DNA of 64,000 bases from NCBI GenBank assembly GCA_044376115.1, contig JBILLK010000014.1:64001-128000 (forward strand). Direction: 5' to 3'. This document shows positions 39,844 through 47,813 of this stretch, piece after piece (position 1 is the stretch's first letter; every line of letters begins with the position of its first letter). The notes below the pieces were generated by a model. It did no database searches, was not told where the DNA came from, and saw only the letters and a program-made list of their open reading frames with translations. This DNA is from Polyangiaceae bacterium (GTDB lineage: Bacteria; Myxococcota_A; Polyangia; Polyangiales; Polyangiaceae). Both the position numbers and the translations under genes were made by a program.

Positions 39844-41586
39844 GTGGACGGAAAAAGGCGCGCGCTCGATTTTCTTGAAGAGCTCAAAGAACTGACCTTG
39901 CTCGACGAAGGGGACCCACAGGCCTTTCGCGTGAGAGCCTACGAGAGCGCCATTCACGGCATTGAAGCGCTCACCGCGGACCCGTCGCGCATGACCGCCA
40001 CCGAGCTGACCAAGATCGATGGTATCGGCAAGAGCACCGCGGCCAAGCTCCGCGAACTCTTCGACACAGGGAAGGTCGAGAAGCTGACGGAGCTGCGGCT
40101 CAAACACCCACAGTCTGTCGTGAAGTTGATGAAGGTTCCCGGCGTAGGGCCAAAGATGGTGGCCAAGCTACGAAAAGAGGCTGGGGTCGACTCGCTCGAT
40201 GCCCTCAAGCAGGCCGTGGCCGAAGGACGGCTGCAAGGCATCAAGGGCTTTGGCAAGAAGACCGAGGAGAACCTCGCCAAGTCCCTCGAAAGAATGGCGA
40301 GGGCCGGGGATGACAGCCGCACACCCATCTCGGTTGCACTGCCGCTCGCGCGACGCCTCGTCGCCGAACTTTCGGGGCTTCCAGGCGCTAAAGCCGCACA
40401 CTTCTGCGGCAGCTTGCGGCGCTTCTCGGAGACCGTTGGGGATCTGGATATCGTCGTGGTCTCGGACGCGCCCGTGCCGATCATGGACTACGTCGCCGCG
40501 ATGCCCTTCGTTGCCGAGGTGCTAGCGAAGGGCGAAGCAAAAACGAGCGTGGTCACCCAGCGCGGTCTTCAGATCGACGTGCGGGTGGTGAAGGAGCACG
40601 AGCTCGGCGCAGCGCTGCTTTATTTCACCGGCAGCAAGAGCCACAACATCAAGCTACGTGAGCGTGCCATCGCTCGAGGGCTGACGCTCAATGAGTACGC
40701 GCTCAGCGAGATCGCCACGGGCAAGGTCGTCGCGAGCCACACCGAGGCCGACATTTATGCAGCGCTCGGCCTTCAGTGGATTCACCCCGTGTTGCGCGAA
40801 GACAAGGGTGAGATCGCCGCGGCCGAGGCGGGTACCCTTCCGCCTTTGCTTCCGGAGCTAAGCAACGCCGGGGATTTCCACGTCCACACGGCTCTCTCGG
40901 GAGACGGGCACGCCGAGCTCGACGACCTGGTGAACGCAGCCGAAGCGCGCGGCTACTCCTTCCTGGCCATCACCGAGCACGCCGAGAACCTTTCGATGAT
41001 CGGCGTCAAGCGCGCAGCCCTCGAGGTGCAGCAGCAGGACCTCGCGCAGAAGCAAAAGACGACCGCAGTGAAGCTGCTGTTCGGCGCCGAGCTCAACATC
41101 GGCAAGGACGGCTCTCTCGACTACGACGACGACTTCCGCAGCCGTTTCGACTTTTGCCTAGCCTCGATTCACGACCACTTCGATCTCACGCGGGAGCAAC
41201 AGACTGCGCGGGTGGTCCGCGCGATGGAGGACCGCAACATCCACATGATCGGTCACCTTACGGCGCGCATGATTGGTGCTCGGCCGCCGATCGACCTCGA
41301 CATCAACGCTGTGCTCGATGCGGCGGAGCGAACCGGGACGGCCCTCGAAGTGAACGGCGGATTGCCACGGCTCGACCTCACGGTCGACATCTTGCGCGCG
41401 CTGCGAGGTCGCAACATTCGCGTCGTGTTGACCAGCGACGCACATCGCACGAACGAACTCGATCGCGTCGACAACGCCGCGCTTCACACGATGCGCGCGT
41501 GGGTCGGCACGGACCAGGTCGTAAACTTTTGGCAGCGTGAGGAGATTGAGCGCTGGTTAGGGGACAAGCGCTCACGAGCCGCCTAG
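39844..41586 (+). CDS. polX: DNA polymerase X with PHP domain
   Basis: FRVRAY, HhH GIGK/GVGPK, GSLRR..TVGDLD, IDVR, YFTGSKSHN; PHP motifs DFHVHT, TEH and SDAH. Confidence 0.94.
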   Translation: MDGKRRALDFLEELKELTLLDEGDPQAFRVRAYESAIHGIEALTADPSRMTATELTKIDGIGKSTAAKLRELFDTGKVEKLTELRLKHPQSVVKLMKVPGVGPKMVAKLRKEAGVDSLDALKQAVAEGRLQGIKGFGKKTEENLAKSLERMARAGDDSRTPISVALPLARRLVAELSGLPGAKAAHFCGSLRRFSETVGDLDIVVVSDAPVPIMDYVAAMPFVAEVLAKGEAKTSVVTQRGLQIDVRVVKEHELGAALLYFTGSKSHNIKLRERAIARGLTLNEYALSEIATGKVVASHTEADIYAALGLQWIHPVLREDKGEIAAAEAGTLPPLLPELSNAGDFHVHTALSGDGHAELDDLVNAAEARGYSFLAITEHAENLSMIGVKRAALEVQQQDLAQKQKTTAVKLLFGAELNIGKDGSLDYDDDFRSRFDFCLASIHDHFDLTREQQTARVVRAMEDRNIHMIGHLTARMIGARPPIDLDINAVLDAAERTGTALEVNGGLPRLDLTVDILRALRGRNIRVVLTSDAHRTNELDRVDNAALHTMRAWVGTDQVVNFWQREEIERWLGDKRSRAA

Positions 41587-41588
41587 TC

Positions 41589-42932
41589 TCAGCAGGCTCC
41601 GCGCAGAACGTTCAACGTCCAAGGCTCGCAGGAGGAGCCGCTGAAGTAGCGGACCTCAACGTTCACGTCGAAGGTATTGGAGGCGCCACCGCAGTCGTCC
41701 TCGCACCAAACGCTGATCACTTCATTGACGCCCGCTGCGTTGACCGACGTGAACGCTGGATCTGCTTGGCAGGCCGTGCCCGAAAGAATGAGGTCGTAGT
41801 CGACGCCGGCTGGGACAATGAGCTCAAACCGCATGCCGACATACGCGCAGCAGCTGCTGTCCTCGTAGGCCTCAATCGTAAAGAAGCGGCCGGTGGTTCC
41901 CTGCTCTGTGATGACCGGGCCCTCGCACGTGCCACCCAAGAAGCAGCCGAGTCCGTACACCGCATCCGAGTCCACGCTGCCTAGAAACTCACCGGGAGCA
42001 CTATTCGAATGGCCGGGATGAGAGGTCTCGCAACCGTTCGCACTCGAGCCGTCGCAGTTGGAGAAGCCAGGGTTGCAACCGGAAAGGACGCAGCCTCCGT
42101 TTTGACAAGTAGCGAGCCCGTTCGCCGCGTTGCACGCCCCTTCGTTGACGTTGCCATCACAGTCTTGGTCGAGTGCGTCGCAGGTCTCTGTGCCTGGCAC
42201 GACCTCGCCCATGCAGGCGGACCATTGACCCGAGACGCAGGTTTGCGTGCCGGTCTTGCAGCTGCCCGTTCCAGCCGTGCCCATCGGACCGGTGTAGCAA
42301 CTTTGCGTCGACCCGTTGGTGCAGGTGCAGCCCTCATCGACGGTACCGTCGCAGTCGTCATCAACGCCATCGCAGTCCTCGACGGCGTCGGGCGGCGGGA
42401 GGGGGTCGCAATGCGCAATGGCTCCGTCTACGCACTCCTCGGTGGTGTTGGCGCAAACGCCTTGACCGCAGCTGAGCGTGCCGAACCCGTCGTCTGCGAC
42501 GCCATTGCAATCGTCATCGAGGCCGTTGCACACCTCAGCGACCGGCAACACTTCACCGTCGCACTCGGCTCCCCACTTGCCGTCATCGTTGCAGACGGAG
42601 CTTCCTGCTGCGCACTCACCGATGCCTTCGAGCTCCGGCACGCCAGAGAAACAGGGAGCGACGTCCCCTGGTGTGCACTCACAGCCGTCATCGACCGTGC
42701 CGTTGCAATCGTTGTCGATGCCGTCCCCACAAGGGTCTTCAGCGATGCAGCCACCCCCTTGGCCGGCAACGCCGGAACTCGTGGTGTTGCCCCCCGAGCC
42801 GCTGCCTCCACCGCCCTCCGGACGCACGCCGCCGTCCTCGGTTCCGGTCGAGACCGAACCGTCATCAACGACGTCGGTGGTGGCGCAGGCGACAATCCAA
42901 GGAGCGAGGATCAAGCAGGTTCGAAGGTTCAC
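41589..42932 (-). CDS. Cys-rich lipoprotein with DxDCxG.VD(E/D) (MopE-like putative metal-binding) repeats
   Basis: Lipobox IVAC; repeats CGDGIDNDCNGTVDDGC, CNGLDDDCNG and CDGVDDDCDG; GTG start just downstream of a sigma54 promoter. Confidence 0.8.
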   Translation of the reverse strand: MNLRTCLILAPWIVACATTDVVDDGSVSTGTEDGGVRPEGGGGSGSGGNTTSSGVAGQGGGCIAEDPCGDGIDNDCNGTVDDGCECTPGDVAPCFSGVPELEGIGECAAGSSVCNDDGKWGAECDGEVLPVAEVCNGLDDDCNGVADDGFGTLSCGQGVCANTTEECVDGAIAHCDPLPPPDAVEDCDGVDDDCDGTVDEGCTCTNGSTQSCYTGPMGTAGTGSCKTGTQTCVSGQWSACMGEVVPGTETCDALDQDCDGNVNEGACNAANGLATCQNGGCVLSGCNPGFSNCDGSSANGCETSHPGHSNSAPGEFLGSVDSDAVYGLGCFLGGTCEGPVITEQGTTGRFFTIEAYEDSSCCAYVGMRFELIVPAGVDYDLILSGTACQADPAFTSVNAAGVNEVISVWCEDDCGGASNTFDVNVEVRYFSGSSCEPWTLNVLRGAC

Positions 42933-42948
42933 GTTGGCGCTCGTGTAG

Positions 42949-42964
42949 GCAAGTTCGGCGCCAA
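42949..42964 (-). promoter_or_regulatory. sigma54 -24/-12 promoter
   Basis: Minus strand TTGGCGCCGAACTTGC with exact GG-N10-GC spacing. Confidence 0.7.
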
Positions 42965-43011
42965 CGTCAAAGCCCCAGTTTATGCCTGCTTCGAAGTCTC
43001 CACGCGCGGGG

Positions 43012-43076
43012 TGGATCCTCCCATCTGGATCCACCGAAGGGTGCACGTGGATCCACCAAAGGGCCTGTTGGATCCA
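43012..43076. repeat. Four TGGATCC(A) palindromes, candidate enhancer (UAS)
   Basis: Copies at 43012, 43026, 43048 and 43069; TGGATCCACC(G/A)AAGGG is directly repeated 22 bp apart. Confidence 0.7.
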
Positions 43077-43094
43077 GCGACGACTACGAGCCGT

Positions 43095-46000
43095 CTACTC
43101 GGCTGCCACGGTTGCGCGCTTGGCCTCTTGAATCAACTGATCACGCTCAGCGCGACGTTTCTCGAATGCTGCCAGCGCCGCCAACGGGAAGTAGCTCTTG
43201 TAGAGAGAGTAGTCGAGCAGCGCCGTGTGGAAGAACACCCCGTGCGGCTCCTGACGCGGCCACTCACCGCTGCCCAATTGCGTGCGCGCCAAGAAGCGAG
43301 CCGCCCGATCCAAACAATCCCAGTCGGGCTCCGAGGCCAACAACAAGGCGTTGAGTGCCCAAGCCGTCTGCACCACTTGGCCCTCTTCTGACTCCACATA
43401 GGACGTGGTGTGCGGCGCATGACGTTCGCCCCAGCTGCCATCGGGCTTCTGGTGTGCACGCAACCACGCGGTGGCCTTCTTCACAGCGGGATCTGTCGGG
43501 GGAACTCCGGCAGCAAGCAGCCCGCGAAGACCGAACAGCGTGCCGTAAACATAGTGAACGCCCCACGCGCCTTGCCAACAGCCCTCAGGCCGCTGAGTCG
43601 AGCGCAACCATGCGACAGCCTGGTCAATCACCTGCGGCAACTCGCTCAAGCTATTGCGTCGCAACAGATGGGGCCGCTTCGTGCGCACGAGCGCAAGCAT
43701 CGCAATGCAGGAGGCGGTGCACTCCACGTAGCTCCGCTCCGTCATGTGGTCCCCAAACAGTTCAGCCGGGTTGAGCCATTCGAGTGAGGGCCACGGCCGA
43801 GTTGGCTCGTAGGAGCCGAAGCCGCCGTCTTTCCCGCGCGCGCGCAGGATGAACTCGGCAGCGCGCTCCACCGCGAGATCGCTTGGACCCTCGCCGAAGG
43901 GCGAAGCAAGCCGCGCGACCATCGCCTCTGCGGTGGCGTCACTGAGCGGCCAGCCCTGCGAACGGAAGGAGACTGCGTAGCCGCCGCGCGGATCGATACG
44001 GTGGTGATGCGCGAGGTCCGCGGGTGTCTCGGTGATCTGCTGCGCCGCAAGAAAACGCTCGGCCAGTAGCAGCGCTTTGCGGTCCTCGACGTCGGCCGAA
44101 TCCACCGCGGCGAGCGCCTGCGCCGCGAGGGCGGTGTCCCAAACTGCCGAGCGTGCACCGGCCACCCGGGTCCCACTGCGGTCATCTTCCCAAAGCCACC
44201 CCTCAAACTGCCGCACCGCCTTGGCAACGTCAGCATCGTCGGGATCGGCTGAATAGAGCGCGAGCGTTGAAAGCAGCCCGCTCAGCGCCGAGATGGACGC
44301 GTGGTTGGAGGTGGTGAGCTCCCAACGAATGTCTTCACGGATGGTCGCGAGCGTCTTCTTGCGCCCTCGTTCTGTTTGCAGCTTGTCCACCAGGCGAACG
44401 AGCTCATAACCGACCTTGAGCACAGCGCCCGGAACCTCATAGAGGTCCTCGCGCCGCACCTGATTGCGGCTCGCTGCGAAGTCCACGTTGGCAAAGCCCT
44501 CTGGAAATAGCTCTGCCCGAAGCTCCTCGATCACCGGCGAAAGCGCGACCTGGAAACGCTCGCCGTAAAGGGCCGCCATGGCTGAATAGGTGACCCGCGT
44601 GTGGCTTTGGAACCGCGACGGGTGGATCGGCAAGCCACTCGGTAGCGCCCACAGTTCCGGGATCACCGGGTTTACGCCTTCCCAGGCGTAGAGCGAGAGC
44701 ATGGCCAACCAGAACTTGCCCCACGAAGGAACGGAGGTTGCTCCGCCCTCGCGCACGATGAACTGCCGTGCGCTCGCCAACGTCGTTGCGTCTGCGCTAC
44801 AGCCGAGCAGCCTGCTCGCAACGTAGACCAGCGTGGTGACGAACAAGCTCGGTTCGGAGACCTCAGACAGGCCCCAGGTTCCGTCGTGCAGCTGGGTACG
44901 CTCAAAGTGCTGGAGGAGCCGCTTGCGGCGGGTTTCGTCGATGGGCAGGCCCATCATGTGCCACGCCAATACGTACTGAGCGGCGAGCATCGGGCACCAG
45001 ACCACCTCGCCTTCCCACGACCCATCAACGTCCTGAAGTGCCCGCAACGTCTTGCGGCCACGCTCGAGTGCGCGGGTGGGATCCCAACGATCGCGACCGG
45101 TGCGCGCAGCATGCTCGCGGGCGGAAGGCAGCTCCACCACGTCGGCTTTGGCCGTCGAAGCGCGCAAAGCGCCCGCGTAGCGCTCTTCACTCGGACGGGC
45201 CTCCTTGGTCTCCTTGTTGTCACCGCTTCTCGGAAGCTCCTTCGCCGGCCGGGCTTCAGTAAGGTGAAGCGCACCGGTAACGAGCCAACGAACGCGCGAA
45301 CCAATCTGCTCGGTGATCGACGCGACGTGAGACCACTGCGAAGTTGCAACGCCGCGACCAACCAAGCGCTTGGCAGCAAGCGCCATCGCCTTCGCGAACG
45401 AGCCACCGAAGGCGAGCGGCCGATGCTCGGTGCAGGCCAAAAAGCGCATCGTACGAAGACGCTCGGTTGGGCTCGTGCGCCACAGATCGTAGATGGCTCG
45501 GCGCAGCTCGACCACCTCATCGTGCGTGTCGGCGAAGACCTCGTAGAGCGCGATTGCAAGCATCTCGGGCACGCGACTCTCGATCGAGCGTTGCCTGCGA
45601 TACGCGGCAAAGCTCGAGGCTTCGGTGAGCGCTACAGCGTCTTGGAAGCCAAGCGTCATACCGAGGGCGGTGAGCGGGTGGTGATGACCAACGGCGTCCC
45701 CGACGAGCGCCAACCCCGGACGACCGAAGGCACACCGCGCGCGGGTTTGATTGGTGGCAAAGGAGATTTCTCCGTGAAGCAGCGCGCGACGGAAAGGCTC
45801 GCGCAGGCTCTTGGGCAGAGCGTACGCATAGCTCTCGTACAGCACAGCCTCCTTGTCCCGCGTGATCCGCAGCGAGAGCGGAACGTCGATGCACACGCGC
45901 ACGAGGTCCGCCGAAATGCGATAAATGAGCACGGGTCCGAGCGCGCCGAGAACGACGTGACCGTAGCCTTCAAACGGGAGATCCGTGTTCTCGAGGAGCA

Positions 46001-46547
46001 GGCCCGCCATGCGCGAGTACGTGCCCACGTTGCCACCGATACCAAGCGCTGCGTGAGCAACGCCGGAGCGGCCGGCCGCGCCGACGATCTGCTCGGCGAA
46101 GATGGTTTTGGTAGCGCCGGTGCGCGAGCTGAAGGTCAGGTTTTGACCGACGATGCGGGTCGCCTTGGCCGGCTCCTGGTAGTCGATCCGAGACTGCTTT
46201 TGCACGTGGTCGCGCAGGCGATCCACGAGCCGCTCGTGATGGAAGGACAGGCCGAAGGAGCCGGCAGCGTAGGGCAGAACGATGGGCGAGGTGCCATCGT
46301 CGGGGAAGACCACGAAGCCTTTGCCGGTGGGGTACGGACGGGAGGAGCCCATATCGACGCCGAGCCGCTGGATGATCTCGAGGCCAGCTGGGTGCAACCA
46401 CTCGCCCGCAAGCCGACCACAGGCCTTGGGATTGGCCTCCAACAGCAGAACCTCTGCGCCTCGAGCTGCATAAGCCAGCGCTGTAACGCAACCGACCGGT
46501 CCGGCGCCGATGACGGCGACGTCATACGAGCGGATGTCCCTTCGCAT
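43095..46547 (-). CDS. Squalene epoxidase - oxidosqualene cyclase fusion
   Basis: N-terminal GAGPVG, RLAGEWLHPAG and GDA..HHPLTALGMT; C-terminal QW repeats (QDVDGSW, QLHDGTW, QRPEGCW, QKPDGSWGE), PSWGKFWL, WDT, SDATAE, YVECT and QTAWAL. Confidence 0.92.
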   Translation of the reverse strand: MRRDIRSYDVAVIGAGPVGCVTALAYAARGAEVLLLEANPKACGRLAGEWLHPAGLEIIQRLGVDMGSSRPYPTGKGFVVFPDDGTSPIVLPYAAGSFGLSFHHERLVDRLRDHVQKQSRIDYQEPAKATRIVGQNLTFSSRTGATKTIFAEQIVGAAGRSGVAHAALGIGGNVGTYSRMAGLLLENTDLPFEGYGHVVLGALGPVLIYRISADLVRVCIDVPLSLRITRDKEAVLYESYAYALPKSLREPFRRALLHGEISFATNQTRARCAFGRPGLALVGDAVGHHHPLTALGMTLGFQDAVALTEASSFAAYRRQRSIESRVPEMLAIALYEVFADTHDEVVELRRAIYDLWRTSPTERLRTMRFLACTEHRPLAFGGSFAKAMALAAKRLVGRGVATSQWSHVASITEQIGSRVRWLVTGALHLTEARPAKELPRSGDNKETKEARPSEERYAGALRASTAKADVVELPSAREHAARTGRDRWDPTRALERGRKTLRALQDVDGSWEGEVVWCPMLAAQYVLAWHMMGLPIDETRRKRLLQHFERTQLHDGTWGLSEVSEPSLFVTTLVYVASRLLGCSADATTLASARQFIVREGGATSVPSWGKFWLAMLSLYAWEGVNPVIPELWALPSGLPIHPSRFQSHTRVTYSAMAALYGERFQVALSPVIEELRAELFPEGFANVDFAASRNQVRREDLYEVPGAVLKVGYELVRLVDKLQTERGRKKTLATIREDIRWELTTSNHASISALSGLLSTLALYSADPDDADVAKAVRQFEGWLWEDDRSGTRVAGARSAVWDTALAAQALAAVDSADVEDRKALLLAERFLAAQQITETPADLAHHHRIDPRGGYAVSFRSQGWPLSDATAEAMVARLASPFGEGPSDLAVERAAEFILRARGKDGGFGSYEPTRPWPSLEWLNPAELFGDHMTERSYVECTASCIAMLALVRTKRPHLLRRNSLSELPQVIDQAVAWLRSTQRPEGCWQGAWGVHYVYGTLFGLRGLLAAGVPPTDPAVKKATAWLRAHQKPDGSWGERHAPHTTSYVESEEGQVVQTAWALNALLLASEPDWDCLDRAARFLARTQLGSGEWPRQEPHGVFFHTALLDYSLYKSYFPLAALAAFEKRRAERDQLIQEAKRATVAAE

Positions 46548-46691
46548 CACGAATTCTCCTGACGTAGAAGCATGCTCATACCTGTTGTTGATAAAATAAG
46601 AAAACTTCTGACATGGGAAGCCCTGATCGCGCGAGGATGCGTGCTTCCCGCAGCCTCCTCGCCGCCACATCAGCGGCTGCGAGGAACGCCG

Positions 46692-47813
46692 CTACTCGCT
46701 CGGCTGTTCTTCGCGCCTTCGCAGGTTCAGCGGTTGCTTGGACAGCTTCTTCGCAGCTTCTCGTGCCAGATGCTGCTCCCACTTGCGGATGGTGAGGTTC
46801 TGGAAGGCGTGTACGGCCGGAGAGATTTCGGCGACCGGCTGGTCCCAATGACGCTCCCAACCCTCCTGCTCGGCCTCGCAAGCAACTGCGTCCTCGTTTA
46901 GGAGCGGCTTTACATGCAGCTCGTTGGCGGCCTTGATCAAGGGCACCATGAGCCGCTTGGGGAAGCGCAGCGGCAGGAACGGAACTCGGAAGCTCTTGAA
47001 GTGGAACAAGTAGAAGCTCTTCGTCGTGCGCTCATCGATCGGCACGTTGAAAAGCCAGTGCTTGATCGCGTCGTCGGTGTTCGACCACTGGTAGGGGTAC
47101 TGGTAGCCGAGCTTCATGTGATTGGTATCGACGGCGCGCCGGTCGACGAACATGCCCGTCACCTTCCCACCGCCGACCTTGGTGTCGTATTCGACGAACA
47201 CAGCGTCGTCGGTCGACTCGAGGTGGGTGAGCTTGGCTTCGCTGAACGGCTTGAACTTGCGATGCAGGTACTCGTGAGTGAAGTCGCTCACATTGTCGAT
47301 GATCATCGAGTGATGCGCTTTGATCGTGAACTCGACGGGCACACACGCCCAAGGCTCTGGCCCCTCCAAATCCGGAATCAGCGGGAGCGGAACCTTGGTT
47401 GAAGCTTCACGGTCACCAAAGAAGATCCAGACCAGGCCGTAGCGAACTTGGACGGCATAGGTCTTCAGCCTGCACTGCGGCACCTTCAAACCGAACAAGT
47501 CGTGGGGCACGTGCGCGAGCCGACCATCGGCGTCGAACTCCCAGCCGTGATACTGACAAACCACGCGCTCGCCACGCACCTCACCGATGGAGAGCGGCAA
47601 ATGACGATGGGCACAGCGGTCTTCAACCGCGCGTAGAGAGCCGCGCTCATCGCGATAGAGCGCGACATGGGTGCCCCAGAAGGTCACGCGCTTGATCTGG
47701 TTCTTGGCGATGTTTTTGTCGAACTCGACCGCGTACCAGTAGTTCGGGTCGAGCCCAGCAGCGCGAGCCTTCTCGCGCTTGTTGCTGGCATTCTCGAAGC
47801 TGGGAGGGCTCAC
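46692..47813 (-). CDS. Rieske non-heme iron oxygenase (candidate SdmA-like sterol C-4 methyl oxidase)
   Basis: DRCAHR, CQYHGW and NVSDFTHEYLH; GTGA-coupled to the upstream fusion. The SdmA call is inferred from context. Confidence 0.85.
   Translation of the reverse strand: MSPPSFENASNKREKARAAGLDPNYWYAVEFDKNIAKNQIKRVTFWGTHVALYRDERGSLRAVEDRCAHRHLPLSIGEVRGERVVCQYHGWEFDADGRLAHVPHDLFGLKVPQCRLKTYAVQVRYGLVWIFFGDREASTKVPLPLIPDLEGPEPWACVPVEFTIKAHHSMIIDNVSDFTHEYLHRKFKPFSEAKLTHLESTDDAVFVEYDTKVGGGKVTGMFVDRRAVDTNHMKLGYQYPYQWSNTDDAIKHWLFNVPIDERTTKSFYLFHFKSFRVPFLPLRFPKRLMVPLIKAANELHVKPLLNEDAVACEAEQEGWERHWDQPVAEISPAVHAFQNLTIRKWEQHLAREAAKKLSKQPLNLRRREEQPSE

Noticed and set aside
42009..43391. 460-aa plus-strand ORF
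   Set aside because: Antisense to the Cys-rich gene and the OSC tail; no motifs.
43095..45090. Squalene-hopene cyclase (hopanoid) interpretation of the cyclase
   Set aside because: It lacks the DxDD motif, has OSC-type DxTAE, YVECT and PSWGK motifs, and is fused to an epoxidase.
44886..46562. 558-aa plus-strand ORF
   Set aside because: Antisense shadow of the SE-OSC gene with no recognisable motifs; typical of high-GC DNA.
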